From: Candidatus Latescibacterota bacterium
Lineage (GTDB): Bacteria; Latescibacterota; UBA2968; GCA-2709665
Length of the DNA: 64,000 nucleotides
Assembly: GCA_965219995.1 (NCBI GenBank)
Contig: CBDCOX010000002.1
Coordinates: forward strand, 3,296,001 to 3,360,000
Direction: 5' to 3'
This document shows positions 18,481 to 28,844 of this stretch, piece after piece. The notes under the pieces are model-generated. The model was not told where the DNA came from. It searched no databases and saw only the letters and a program-made list of their open reading frames with translations. The translations under genes were made by a program, and so were the position numbers. Numbering within the stretch: the stretch's first letter is position 1; every line of letters starts with the position of its first letter.

Positions 18481-20226
18481 TGCGGGTGCGCCCTTTGGGG
18501 TCGCTCCGGTGTAAAGCCCGCCCCGGCTCCGGTCGTAAATCACTTCGATCTTCCCGTTTTCCGATACCAGCCGCGGCACGTTGCTGCTCTTCTCGTCGCG
18601 GTCGGGCCCCCGCATCACCGCCAGTTGCGCCTCGCCCATCCCCTCCAGAAGATCGCCCCATCGCTCCTCCGGGGTCGCCATTGCCGCCCCGCCGTTGAAG
18701 TGCCGCGAAGAGTACCGCGTGAGGATGACGCGGCGTGGGACGTCGCTCTTCCACGCCAGTGCGCCGTGCGCCTGCGGGCCGTCCATAAAGAAGATGACGT
18801 CGCCGGCCTTTGTCAGCGGATGCGTCACCAGACCCATGTCCTCGTCGCAGGTCCACACCCCCCTGGGGATTCCGTACTGGGACTTGTGGCTTCCCGGCAC
18901 ACAGGCAAACCCACCGTCGTGTTCGGTCACGTCGCGCAATTGCCAGGCCACGCCGACGGACGGTCCCCCCAGGGCATAGCTCCGGCCGTTCTGGAAGGTA
19001 TAGTTACGAGACGGACTCAACGGCTCGTTGCCGCCATGCAGAAAGTGTCCTGCGCCACCCCTGGGTGTACAGATCGCCTCGAAGCCTGTACACCGGAATC
19101 CCTTCCCTCCCATCCAGGTGAGGCGGTGCACCACCGCCGGGTGGGCGAGCATCTTCCGGAACGGTTCGCAGAAGGGCCTGGGCAGTTCAAGCAGGCCGGT
19201 CAAGGTGGGCCGCCCGGTTCCCGCCAGACTTTTGGACCCCATGGCCAGATCCACGCTTTCAACCACGATGCGTTCCGTAAACCGGTCGATCGCCTCGTTC
19301 GCCAGCGCCAGGTCTTCCGGCGTCATCACGTTTCTGAGGACGAGGTGACCGCACAGGTCCCAGAAATAGAACTCCTTTTCGTCGATGTTCGAATCCGGGT
19401 TCCTGATATAGATGGAGGGGTGGGACAGGTCGGGTTCCGGGTCCACCCGGCAGGTCTCACCATCCGAACTGAGCGTTGGAGGCGGGTCGGTATCTCTGTA
19501 TCCGGGTTTGTGCAGCATCACGCGTTGCTCCGGCGTCAATTCCGCCATCCATTCCGGCTGCTCTTCCTTCCGCGTCTTCGGTCCTGTGCCGACGGACTGA
19601 ACGGCCGCGTGTCCCGCGTATCTGTACATGAGCAGCCGTTGTGGGAGCTCCTTCGTACCGGAAGGTACGCCCTGAAGCAGGGTCGCCGCGCACAGCAGCA
19701 GGTCGCCTGCCTTCAGCGCCGGCTGAACGGTCAATCCCAGGTCGTCCTTCCCGGTCAGCACGTCTTCGGGGGTTTCCACGTTGCTTTTGTGGCTGCACGG
19801 TACCAGCGAGAGCCCGCCGTCTCCCGTACTCGTGTCGGACAGCGCCCAGATGGCGTGTATCCCCTGGCAGTGCCGGCGGCCGTTGAGGATATAGTAGGCC
19901 CGTCCGGCATCCATCGGTTCATTGCCGCCAATCAGGCCGCCGGCAGCCCCATCCGTTTCACCGATCAACTCCGGTTCGCGGTCCAGCCGAAAACCGTATC
20001 CGATGAGCTGGTTCAGGTACCCCACCACCAAGGGATGGACCATCAGTTCCCGGAACGGCTCCCGCTGCGGCGCAGGCCACCCGAGCATGCCGTTCGCGCG
20101 GCCCTCCCGGTCGAGTGCCCTGTTGCAGGCCTCCACCTCCCGGGGCGTCAGAACACCCCGCAAAACGAGGTATCCCGAGATATCGAAACAGTAGTTCTCC
20201 TCGTGGCTCATCTCCGCCCGGTCCAT
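18472..20226 (-). CDS. Tandem two-domain phytanoyl-CoA dioxygenase (PhyH) family 2OG-Fe(II) protein
   Basis: Two homologous halves: YCFDISGYLVLRGVLT / YFWDLCGHLVLRNVMT; GGLSLVPCSHKS / GGFACVPGSHKS; KAGD / KAGD. GAGGAGG RBS before ATG 20226. Confidence 0.88.
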   Translation of the reverse strand: MDRAEMSHEENYCFDISGYLVLRGVLTPREVEACNRALDREGRANGMLGWPAPQREPFRELMVHPLVVGYLNQLIGYGFRLDREPELIGETDGAAGGLIGGNEPMDAGRAYYILNGRRHCQGIHAIWALSDTSTGDGGLSLVPCSHKSNVETPEDVLTGKDDLGLTVQPALKAGDLLLCAATLLQGVPSGTKELPQRLLMYRYAGHAAVQSVGTGPKTRKEEQPEWMAELTPEQRVMLHKPGYRDTDPPPTLSSDGETCRVDPEPDLSHPSIYIRNPDSNIDEKEFYFWDLCGHLVLRNVMTPEDLALANEAIDRFTERIVVESVDLAMGSKSLAGTGRPTLTGLLELPRPFCEPFRKMLAHPAVVHRLTWMGGKGFRCTGFEAICTPRGGAGHFLHGGNEPLSPSRNYTFQNGRSYALGGPSVGVAWQLRDVTEHDGGFACVPGSHKSQYGIPRGVWTCDEDMGLVTHPLTKAGDVIFFMDGPQAHGALAWKSDVPRRVILTRYSSRHFNGGAAMATPEERWGDLLEGMGEAQLAVMRGPDRDEKSSNVPRLVSENGKIEVIYDRSRGGLYTGATPKGAPARR

Positions 20227-20282
20227 TACCAACCTCCTCGAAGTTGTACCTTCGCCAGAAACTATGATAATATGTAGTAGTC

Positions 20283-20312
20283 ATGATACTTGTAGATATC
20301 AGAAGGTGTCAA
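20283..20312 (-). promoter_or_regulatory. Sigma70-type promoter for the PhyH gene
   Basis: Minus strand TTGACA-18 nt-TATCAT, overlapped by the palindrome TGATA-N8-TATCA. Confidence 0.55.
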
Positions 20313-20387
20313 TCAAAAAAGGGACGCGCCTCGCGTTCGCCCGTCGCTTGCGAACGGCGCAACAAAGTGTTACCTATGTATCAGAGA

Positions 20388-20952
20388 GGCGGTGAGACGT
20401 AAGACGGGAGACGGGAGATTATATGATTGCCTGTTCGGTATCATCTCTTGCCGCAGGCATAGTGGAAGAACCAATCGGGCAAAGACGTCATCTACCGTCT
20501 ACCCTCTTACGTCTCACCGAATTTACGCAGACCTCTCCCCCCAGCCCCCTCTCCTGTGAGGAGAGGGGGAGCTAAGGCAGGCGTCGCTTGCCGGTCATCT
20601 ATAGACACTTTGATCGAGAGGAAATCGCCATCCCGGCACTCTTGCGAGCCCGGTACATCGACCCTTCACCGTTTCCCCTTCCTCCCAGGAAGGGGGCTAG
20701 GGGGTAGGTCACGAAAGGCGGGGAGACGGGAGAGGTGAGACGGGAGAAGACATCAGTGCCCGCTGGTTTTCCTGATCGTAACGAAAAGGGCGAAAAATTC
20801 GGCACGGGTTAAAACAAAACGCGTTTTGCCAATCTCCAGCATATGGTCGACGAGATTCATCATCGCCTCTTGGCTCTATCCCTTTATGACTTGGCGCCGC
20901 ATTACGTGACAAAGTCTTTCCTCTACCGTCTACCGTCTCACGTCTAACCGCT
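20388..20952. repeat. Cluster of two heptamer-ended repeats plus palindromic REP-like elements
   Basis: Elements at ~20388-20519 and ~20716-20952, separated by CCCCCTCTCC..GGAGAGGGGG palindromes. Confidence 0.75.
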
Positions 20953-21014
20953 TTCAGGTTTTCATTCTTCCTTCATCCTTTTTCCTTCTTCATTTTTTTT
21001 GAAAGGATTTCACC

Positions 21015-21977
21015 ATGACAGATCTAAAGGCTGCTGTGATCGGCTGCGGCGGGCACGCCCAGTCGCACCTTCAGATGATCGCGAACGAACCGAGGCTCCG
21101 GCTGGCGGGCATCGCGGAGCTCGACGAGGCGCGGTTGCGCGGGAACCGGGCGGAATGGGCGCCTGAGCAAGCCTTTTCCGACTACCGCCGGATGCTGGAC
21201 GCGTGCCGGCCGGACGTGGTGTACGTGGTCACGGACCCCGGTCACCTTCTGCCCATTGTGCTGGAGTGCCTGGGCCGGGGTATCCACACGTCGGTGGAGA
21301 AGTCACCCGGAATGAACGTGGAAGAAACCGAACAGATGGCGAGCGCCGCCCGCCGGAGCGCGGGCAAGGCCATCGTGTCGCTCAACCGTCGATACTATCC
21401 TCACGTGCTGGCCGTCCGGCGGCGTATCCAGGCGGGCGGCGGCGCGGTACACGTCGCGGCGACGTACAACAAGCCGTTGGCCCGGTTCAGGGACACAACG
21501 CCCGATCCGGTGATCTGCGACGCGATCCACCATGTGGACCTGATTCGCTGGTTGGCAGGTTCCGGCCCAGAGGAAGCGGCGATACCGGTGGAAGTGCGGG
21601 GGATGGTGCAGGACGGCGAGCGCCCCGTGTGCCATCGCCACAATGCCGTGGTTCGCTTCGACACGGGCGCGTTCGGCGTGCTGATGAGCCACTACGGCGT
21701 GGGATATCGGATCCAGCGGGCGGAAGTGCATGCCGAGGACCTGTCGGCCTATCTCGATCTGACTCGGGCACCGAAGGTGGAGGGATATGAGCGGGGCGAG
21801 GCGTTTTCAGTGGGGGACGACGAAATCGAGGCCGTGGGCGGGGCCGCTTTCAACGAGACCGCCCACTTCGTCGACTGCATTCTGGAAGACCGCACGCCAT
21901 GGTCAACGCTGGACGACGCCATCCAGACCATGCGCCTGTGCGAGGCCATCCGCGCCGGTCACGTGGGGACGTTGTAA
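21015..21977 (+). CDS. Gfo/Idh/MocA family oxidoreductase
   Basis: IGCGGHA, VEKSP, DAIHHVD. Confidence 0.9.
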   Translation: MTDLKAAVIGCGGHAQSHLQMIANEPRLRLAGIAELDEARLRGNRAEWAPEQAFSDYRRMLDACRPDVVYVVTDPGHLLPIVLECLGRGIHTSVEKSPGMNVEETEQMASAARRSAGKAIVSLNRRYYPHVLAVRRRIQAGGGAVHVAATYNKPLARFRDTTPDPVICDAIHHVDLIRWLAGSGPEEAAIPVEVRGMVQDGERPVCHRHNAVVRFDTGAFGVLMSHYGVGYRIQRAEVHAEDLSAYLDLTRAPKVEGYERGEAFSVGDDEIEAVGGAAFNETAHFVDCILEDRTPWSTLDDAIQTMRLCEAIRAGHVGTL

Positions 21978-22059
21978 GGGACGGGAAACCGTAGCGTATG
22001 GGATGAGGAGGCGAGTCGTCCAACCTGGTTGGCTGCTGCATCAAACGATGCGCAGGCCT

Positions 22060-24477
22060 TTATTCATACCTTAGCGCGTCCACGGGATTCGCCATGGCGG
22101 CCTTGACTGCCTGGGCGCCCACGGCGAGCATGGCGGTTCCGAGCGCAAGAACGCCGCATAGAATGAAGATTCCGGGCTCAGGATCGATCCTGTAGGCGAA
22201 ATTCTGAAGCCAGCCGTTCATTATGTAGTAGGCTACCGGCCAGGCCAGCAAATTGGCGACCAGAACAAGCTTCGCGAATTCGCCGGAAAGCAGAAGAACG
22301 AGGCGTGAGACCGAGCCGCCTAGCGCCTTTCGGATACCCACCTCCCTGGTTCGCCGTGTTACGGACAGTGACGCCAGCCCGAGAAGTCCCAGACAGGAAA
22401 TCAGAATCGCGAATAGAAACGTATATCCCGTAATCCTGAACCATCGATCTTCACTCCGGTACTGACGGGCGAGATTGTCTTCCAGGAAGGAATAATAAAA
22501 GGGCTCGTCCGACGCCACTGCCTCCCATGTCTTCTGCAGATAAGCGATCGTACCGGCAATATCCTCGGGCCGAATTCGGATCAGAACGAAGGGGCCGAAT
22601 GCCCTGGGTCCATCGTGCAAGAGCAATGGCTGAATTTCCTTGCGCATGGAATCGAAATGGAAATCCCCAACAACGCCGATGATGGTCGGTTCTCCCAGGT
22701 TCCGCCAGGCTGGATTTCTCAGAGTCTTTCCAACGGTTTCTCCCCAATCCAGCATTCCCGCCAACTTCTCATTCGCGAGCGCATACGAGGTAGAATCGGA
22801 GGAAGACGCCGGTGGGATATTTCGTCCTGCGACGAGCCGAATGTCCAGGGTCTCGAGGTAGTCGCGGTCTATCTGGATTACGCGAACATTGAGACGGTCG
22901 CCGTTTACCTTTTCCATGGGAACAACATTGTACCCGGTCGTAAATGCCCGGTCACTGATGGTTGCACTGACAACCCCTGGGGATTTGGCGATTTCCGCCT
23001 TGTAACGAGCACAGACAGCGTCTGCATTGCTCACCATGCCACGAACAATCACCACCTGTTCTTCTCGGTACCCTAAATCCTTGTCTCTCACGTAGTTGAG
23101 CTGTCGAAACATCATCGCGGCGCCGATCATCAGGGATATCGACATGGCATACTGCCCTACTACAAGCGCCCGCGAACCTGCGTTTCGCCCTCCAATCCGC
23201 AACTGGCCCTTGAGTACGTCCACTGTTTGGAGCCCGGGGAGAACAAGGGCAGGATAGCTGCCCGCTGCCAGTCCAACGATGAACACCATCCCAGAAAGCA
23301 CGAGCGCTGTTCCCCAACCGTCCAGGTAGGGGATGCTCAGGTTCTTGCGCGCGAGCCCGCTGAAGACAGGGAGGAACATCTCGGCCAGCGCGACTGCCAT
23401 CGCAAGGGCAATCAGGCTCAATAGCAGCGCCTCGCCCCAAAACTGCCCCATGAGTTGCGCCCGATGCGCGCCCATCGCCTTGCGCATTCCCACTTCACGA
23501 GCGCGTCCGGCGGACCGGCCGGCTGCCAGGGTCATGTAATTGATGCCCGCGATTGCAAGCACCAGAAGCGCAAGTCCGGAAAGCACGTAGGAATAGACTA
23601 CGTTGCCAGCGGCTTCGTACGAGTTGCCTCTGACGTCGGCATTCAGGTAAACGTCCCGAAGCGGTTGAAGGCGCAGCCTTACTCCGTCCTCCGTGTGTCC
23701 CACACGACCGTGTTCTTTCAACAGCCCGATCCTGTCCCCCAGGTGCTTCCCGGCAAACGGCGGAAACGCGGCTTCCAGCGACTCAGATTCCTGCGCGTCC
23801 AACAGTTGCACGTATATAGAGGCCGTCCCGCCCGTGCCATCCCTGTTGATTGGATAGTTGTTGTGGTACTCAATGGGGATAAGTAGACCGAACTTCAGGC
23901 TGGAGGTCTCGGGAACGTCCCGCATCACTCCCGTAACGGCGAATGGCTTGCCCCCAAGCATCACTGGTTTCCCGAGCGCCTCAGCGTACCCGCCATCCGG
24001 ATTGCCGAAGAGCTTGAACGCGACGGTCTCGCTTATCACGGCGCCGTCGAGCCGTTGTAGGGCTGTCGCGGGGTTTCCGACCAGGAGTTGGAATGAGAAC
24101 ATTTTCAGAAAGTCGGGTTCGACCATCCCGAAGCGTTCTGGCAAGAAGCGCTTCTGGTACGAGACCTGGGTATGGGATCGAATGAACCCGCTCGCGCGCA
24201 CTATCCCCGGGAATTCTTCTTTCAGAGATGCCGCAAGTGACACCGGGTGAAGGGTGGAAAATCCGATACTGCCGTCAGGCCTGGTCTCCCTCACAACGAC
24301 GCGAAAAATGCGGTCGGCGTTCTCGTGGAAGGCGTCGAACTGCCACTCGTGTCTGACGTAAAGAAAGATGAGAATACAGCAGGCAAGGGCGACTGCCAGT
24401 CCGAACACGTTGATGAACGCGTACAGCTTCTGCCGGAGCAGGTGTCGCACGGCCACGATCAGGTAGTTGCGGAACAT
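22060..24477 (-). CDS. ABC transporter permease, duplicated MacB/FtsX type (paralog 1)
   Basis: MFRNYLIVAVRHL, REVGMRKAMGA, REVGIRKALGGS, C-terminal ANPVDALRYE. Confidence 0.93.
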   Translation of the reverse strand: MFRNYLIVAVRHLLRQKLYAFINVFGLAVALACCILIFLYVRHEWQFDAFHENADRIFRVVVRETRPDGSIGFSTLHPVSLAASLKEEFPGIVRASGFIRSHTQVSYQKRFLPERFGMVEPDFLKMFSFQLLVGNPATALQRLDGAVISETVAFKLFGNPDGGYAEALGKPVMLGGKPFAVTGVMRDVPETSSLKFGLLIPIEYHNNYPINRDGTGGTASIYVQLLDAQESESLEAAFPPFAGKHLGDRIGLLKEHGRVGHTEDGVRLRLQPLRDVYLNADVRGNSYEAAGNVVYSYVLSGLALLVLAIAGINYMTLAAGRSAGRAREVGMRKAMGAHRAQLMGQFWGEALLLSLIALAMAVALAEMFLPVFSGLARKNLSIPYLDGWGTALVLSGMVFIVGLAAGSYPALVLPGLQTVDVLKGQLRIGGRNAGSRALVVGQYAMSISLMIGAAMMFRQLNYVRDKDLGYREEQVVIVRGMVSNADAVCARYKAEIAKSPGVVSATISDRAFTTGYNVVPMEKVNGDRLNVRVIQIDRDYLETLDIRLVAGRNIPPASSSDSTSYALANEKLAGMLDWGETVGKTLRNPAWRNLGEPTIIGVVGDFHFDSMRKEIQPLLLHDGPRAFGPFVLIRIRPEDIAGTIAYLQKTWEAVASDEPFYYSFLEDNLARQYRSEDRWFRITGYTFLFAILISCLGLLGLASLSVTRRTREVGIRKALGGSVSRLVLLLSGEFAKLVLVANLLAWPVAYYIMNGWLQNFAYRIDPEPGIFILCGVLALGTAMLAVGAQAVKAAMANPVDALRYE

Positions 24478-24637
24478 CCTGAATCCTCAACGCCTTGGTC
24501 CCGCGGCGAATTGGAGATGCAAAACGTCGACCGGATTCGCCGTCGTAAATCGGAATGACGTGCGATTTATCGGACGTTGGTTCTTATCCTGTTCATCCGG
24601 TCCATCCATGTTAATTTCGGTTCATGACTGACATGGG

Positions 24638-25327
24638 TTAATTCGGCGCCTGTTCCTTGATGTTTTCCGATACCACGTGGCCGTCGAACAGGTGGACGAT
24701 GCGGTGGGCGAACCCGGCATCGTGGGCCTTGTGCGTCACCATGACGATGGTCGTCCCGTTCTTGTTCAGCTCCGTCAGCAACCCCATGACTTCATTGCCG
24801 TTGGCGGAATCCAGGTTCCCCGTCGGCTCATCCGCGAGGATGATATTCGGATTCGAGATGACGGCCCGCGCCACGGCCACGCGCTGCTGTTGACCCCCGG
24901 ACAATTGTTGCGGAAAGTGCTTCTCACGGTGCTTGATGCCCATATATTCCATCGACTCGTCCACGCGCTTCCTGCGTTCCTTCGACGGCATCTTCAGGTA
25001 CAGCAGCGGCAGTTCGATGTTTTCGGCCACGGTCAGTTCGTCGATCAGATTGAAACTCTGGAACACGAAACCGATATTCTCCTTCCGGGCATCGGCTCTC
25101 TGCCGTTCCGTGTGTCCTGAGACCTCCACGTCGTTCAGGTAGTATTCGCCGCCGGTCGGATTATCCAGCAGTCCGAGCACGTTCAGGAGCGTGGACTTTC
25201 CGCAGCCCGACGGCCCCATCACGGCGACGAACTCGCCTTTGCTGATCTCCAGATTCACATTCCGAAGCGCGGTCGTTTCGACTTCTTCCGTTCGGTAAAC
25301 CTTCTGTAAATCGACTGTCTTGATCAT
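24638..25327 (-). CDS. ABC transporter ATP-binding protein (MacB/LolD type)
   Basis: GPSGCGKS, LSGGQQQRV, LADEPTGNLD; start MIKTVDL at 25327. Confidence 0.96.
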   Translation of the reverse strand: MIKTVDLQKVYRTEEVETTALRNVNLEISKGEFVAVMGPSGCGKSTLLNVLGLLDNPTGGEYYLNDVEVSGHTERQRADARKENIGFVFQSFNLIDELTVAENIELPLLYLKMPSKERRKRVDESMEYMGIKHREKHFPQQLSGGQQQRVAVARAVISNPNIILADEPTGNLDSANGNEVMGLLTELNKNGTTIVMVTHKAHDAGFAHRIVHLFDGHVVSENIKEQAPN

Positions 25328-25345
25328 CTCGGAGCTCCTAAAAAA

Positions 25346-25587
25346 AGGGTAGACGTTAGACGGGAGACGGTAGAGGATCACACCGCGCCCACAGGATATC
25401 GATATGGCCAGGCGAAGTCCATCAGCGATACGGGCGGAACCTCTCCCCCCGGCCCCTCAAAAGCGGTGAGAGGGGAGACGGGAGATGATATGAATGCCTG
25501 TTCGGTATCATCTCTTGCCGGAGGCAGAAAGGAAGAACCAATCGGGCAAGGACGTCTTCTACCGTCTTACGTCTCACGTCTCACCGC
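25346..25587. repeat. Composite heptamer-ended repeat inside the MFP-ATPase operon
   Basis: Same layout and core as 18104-18480; its right end contains the MFP stop codon. Confidence 0.8.
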
Positions 25588-27008
25588 TGTAAAACGAGTT
25601 TATCGATTTCTTCATAGTTCTCATACGACGACGTTACGACGCGCTCACCGGGCGACAGGCCCTCGAGCACCTCGAAGTATTCGGGATTCTGGCGTCCGAT
25701 GCGAACATCGCGCCGGACGGCCACGTCGCCCTCCACCACAAAGACCCAATTCCCGCCCGTGGTCTGATAGAAGCCGCCGCGCGGCAACAACGTCGCGACT
25801 TCCGGCGCGTCCAGTTCCAGCCGAATCTGCTCCGTCTGTCCGCGGCGGATACTTCGCGGCGCCTCGCCCACAAAGTCCATATCCACCTCGAACTGCCCCT
25901 CCTTCACCTCGGGGAAGACGCGGCGGATCCTCAACTCGAAGATCTCGTCGTCGATCTCAATCGTCCCCTTGAGTCCCGCTGTAATCCTGGTAATGTAGAA
26001 TTCATCGATGGCCGCGCGCATCTTGTACGCGTCCAGAACGTCGATCTGGCCGATGCTGGTCCCCTTCGCGATCAGCTTGCCGATCTCGGCGTTGAGTTGC
26101 GACAACTGCCCGTCGATCGGCGCGCGGACAGTCAGGTTTCTCAATGGACGTCGCACGTCATCCAGTTGAAGCTGAAGACTCCTGGCGCGCTTCTGGAGGG
26201 CGGCCAGCTCGTTGACGCGATAGATGGAGTCGCGTCGCACGGTTTCCAGCATAAACACTTTGAGCTTCTGCGCGTGCTCGTATTTGTCCTTGGCCGACTC
26301 GAATACGTCGCGGGAGGCGAGGTTGTTTTGGAATAGCGCTTCCTGCCTGCGAAAGTCGCGCTCGGACTTCTGAAGGTCCAGTTCGATGTCCATCAGGGAA
26401 CGTTTGCGCTGGATATCCTGGATTTCCTGGCTTAACCGCGTGTTTTCCATTCTGTTGATCTGCTCGAACAACTGCGCTTCCTGGCTCAACACGGTCTGTT
26501 CCAGGGTCGGATTCGACATCCGCAGGATCGGCGTACCCCGTTCGACCATCGCCCCGACTTCAAGGAAGATCTCCTCTACCTGCCCGCCTTCCAGCGCATC
26601 CAGATAGTGGGTCTGAATGGGCATCACCGTGCCTCGCTGCGGGATGAATTCCTGGAAGGGGCCGATGGTGACTTCGGAAACTGTGATCCGCTCCACCTGC
26701 ACGTTGAGCCTGGCGCTGTGGTCGCCGAAAATGGCCATGTAGACGACCAATCCCACAAAGCCCGTGACCGCGCCGCCACTCAGGATGCGCTTCGGCGTCC
26801 ACAGTTTCTTCTGGATCTTGCGGTCCATGCCCTCGGTTGGCGTCTCCCGTACAGACGCGGAGGTACCGGCATTCACGAACCCTGGAATCGGCTTGTCTCC
26901 GCCCACGGAGTCAGCCGGATCTGACGGCGTTTCCGGACCCGAAGCCGCGTCCTTCCGATTCAGCTTCAACAGACGTCCCTTTCGCTTCCGTGGTTTTGGC
27001 TCTTCCAT
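25581..27008 (-). CDS. Efflux membrane-fusion / periplasmic adaptor protein (MacA/HlyD-like)
   Basis: N-terminal TM segment, LDALEGGQVEEI lipoyl half, coiled coil, VRAPIDGQL, EVLEGLSPGERVVTSSY. Confidence 0.92.
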   Translation of the reverse strand: MEEPKPRKRKGRLLKLNRKDAASGPETPSDPADSVGGDKPIPGFVNAGTSASVRETPTEGMDRKIQKKLWTPKRILSGGAVTGFVGLVVYMAIFGDHSARLNVQVERITVSEVTIGPFQEFIPQRGTVMPIQTHYLDALEGGQVEEIFLEVGAMVERGTPILRMSNPTLEQTVLSQEAQLFEQINRMENTRLSQEIQDIQRKRSLMDIELDLQKSERDFRRQEALFQNNLASRDVFESAKDKYEHAQKLKVFMLETVRRDSIYRVNELAALQKRARSLQLQLDDVRRPLRNLTVRAPIDGQLSQLNAEIGKLIAKGTSIGQIDVLDAYKMRAAIDEFYITRITAGLKGTIEIDDEIFELRIRRVFPEVKEGQFEVDMDFVGEAPRSIRRGQTEQIRLELDAPEVATLLPRGGFYQTTGGNWVFVVEGDVAVRRDVRIGRQNPEYFEVLEGLSPGERVVTSSYENYEEIDKLVLQR

Positions 27009-27065
27009 CGAACTTTCCTCTACGACCTCGGGGGCAACGGCTCCAATCCATCCCGGATCGTCGCC

Positions 27066-27695
27066 TTACCGCGCCAATGTACTTCTCGTCATCCCCCGGC
27101 GCTCGACCTCTCGCCTCAATTCATGACGCCCCCGGTACAGCCAGACTTTCAGGGTGCCCATCGGTACCTGCAGTTGCTCGATGATCTCATTATAGGACCG
27201 TTCCATAAGATAATGCAGAAAGATCGCTTCGCGCTGACGTTCCGGCAGCGCCCGGATGCCGTCGATCACAATCCGCCGGCGCTCTTTTCGCGCCAGAACG
27301 GCCTCCGGACCTTCATCGGGCGACGCGCGCCATCGCGCCTGGAGCGCAGGCTCGGCATCGTTGACTTCGCTCAACCAGACCCTCCGCTTCTTCAAGGACC
27401 TCAGGTAGTTTGTACACACATTCATGGCGATGCGCGTGAGCCACGTGGTGAAAGCGGCCTGTCCGCGAAATCCGGCCAGCCCCAGGAAGGCCTTGATGAA
27501 GACAAGTTGAACCAGGTCCTCGGCCTCATCCACGTTGCCCGCGCACCGGTGAACGAGCGCACGCACCCGGTCACGATGGCGCCGGAAGAGGACCTGATAG
27601 GCCCACTCATCGCCGCCAACGGCCCGATCGATCAGCGTCGCATCGGATTCAGGCGCGCACTGTAGCGACAGGAATTCGCTTTTCTTTTTTGTCAC
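27066..27695 (-). CDS. ECF RNA polymerase sigma factor (RpoE-like)
   Basis: EAEDLVQLVF, FTTWLTRIAMN (region 2); LPERQREAI...SYNEI...GTLKVWLYRGR (region 4). Confidence 0.92.
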   Translation of the reverse strand: MTKKKSEFLSLQCAPESDATLIDRAVGGDEWAYQVLFRRHRDRVRALVHRCAGNVDEAEDLVQLVFIKAFLGLAGFRGQAAFTTWLTRIAMNVCTNYLRSLKKRRVWLSEVNDAEPALQARWRASPDEGPEAVLARKERRRIVIDGIRALPERQREAIFLHYLMERSYNEIIEQLQVPMGTLKVWLYRGRHELRREVERRGMTRSTLAR

Positions 27696-27757
27696 AAGCA
27701 GACGGTCTCCGCCTTATGTCGTACGTATACAAGATACCCGCGTCTCGATTATTCAGA

Positions 27758-27875
27758 AGCGACAACCGTGCCAACAGACACTTCTATATATTTTTCAACT
27801 ATTTAGATCGAAAATCTCTACAGATCGACTCAAACAAGTGTCCGTTTTCGATACACTAATGTCCGAAAATGAACA
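27758..27875 (-). promoter_or_regulatory. Sigma54 promoter module 1 (-24/-12, IHF-like site, tandem enhancer)
   Basis: Minus strand TGGCACG-GTTG-TCGCT (27758-27773); TTTCAACTATTTA (27793-27805); GTGTCCGTTTTCGATACAC and TGTCCGAAAATGAACA (27838-27875). Confidence 0.75.
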
Positions 27876-27955
27876 GTCCTTTCGGCGCCGAGACGGCAAA
27901 GCTCACTCGGTCCGCAAGGCATCCACCGGATTCGCCCACGCCGAACGCTTTCGGC

Positions 27956-28780
27956 TTATCTCTCCTTCAATTGAATCGAACCGTTGACGGTCTTCAACTG
28001 AATCAGTCGCCCGCCGCCGTTGATGACGCCGTCAACCGACTTGCCGAAACGGCCCGTCACGGTCACCGGAAAGTCCGTCTCGATCCTGCCGTTCACGGTT
28101 GACGCCTTCAGGCGCGCCTTCAGCCCTTTCGGCAGCGTCACTTCGATGCCGCCATTTGTCGTTTTGGCGCGAATATCGTGCGGTTCGTCGCCAGTTCCGG
28201 AAAGCGCGACCTTGATCTTTCCGTTCGTCGTTTTCGTCTCTACCGGGCCCAGCAGGTCCGAAAGCTCGATGTTCCCGTTCGTCGTACGCGCCTGGATCGC
28301 TCCAACGATGGCGGTCAGCCCGATGCGGCCGTTGGTCGTCTTCGCATCGACGGCTCCTGAAACATCGTCGACGTCCACACGTCCGTTCACCGTTTTCAGG
28401 TCAAGATCGATGGCTCTGGGTACGGTCACAGTATAGGCGACGCTCACGTTCCGGTTCCTTCCCGGCTTCTTGGGCGCGTCCGTACGGATGTCAATCCCGT
28501 TCACGGTCTGGTCGAACTGCACCGTGGTTTTCTCCAGAAGCATCCGCGCTTCGTCTTCGTTTTCGGCGCGCGCTCTTTTCTCTGCCTTCATCTTGACCTC
28601 GTGCCGGTCCCACGATTCGATCGTAATGTCCCCGTTCACGTTGACAATCGTCAATCGCCCACCCGGCGAAAACGCGACCGTTCGCTCAATGACCTCCTTT
28701 TCAACTGACTTCCCGGCGCCACAGCCCGCCGGCGCCAGGCAAAGGCAGAGTACGACGATAGCAATACAGATTGGCTTCAT
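27956..28780 (-). CDS. DUF4097 beta-strand-repeat (adhesin-like) lipoprotein
   Basis: Lipobox-like APAGC; repeated KT(T/V)NG-I units. Confidence 0.88.
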   Translation of the reverse strand: MKPICIAIVVLCLCLAPAGCGAGKSVEKEVIERTVAFSPGGRLTIVNVNGDITIESWDRHEVKMKAEKRARAENEDEARMLLEKTTVQFDQTVNGIDIRTDAPKKPGRNRNVSVAYTVTVPRAIDLDLKTVNGRVDVDDVSGAVDAKTTNGRIGLTAIVGAIQARTTNGNIELSDLLGPVETKTTNGKIKVALSGTGDEPHDIRAKTTNGGIEVTLPKGLKARLKASTVNGRIETDFPVTVTGRFGKSVDGVINGGGRLIQLKTVNGSIQLKER

Positions 28781-28844
28781 TGCGTTTCGACCTCCGCAAT
28801 TGGGTAAAAGCGAATAACCTTGATTCGTCATATTTCGGTGGCGT

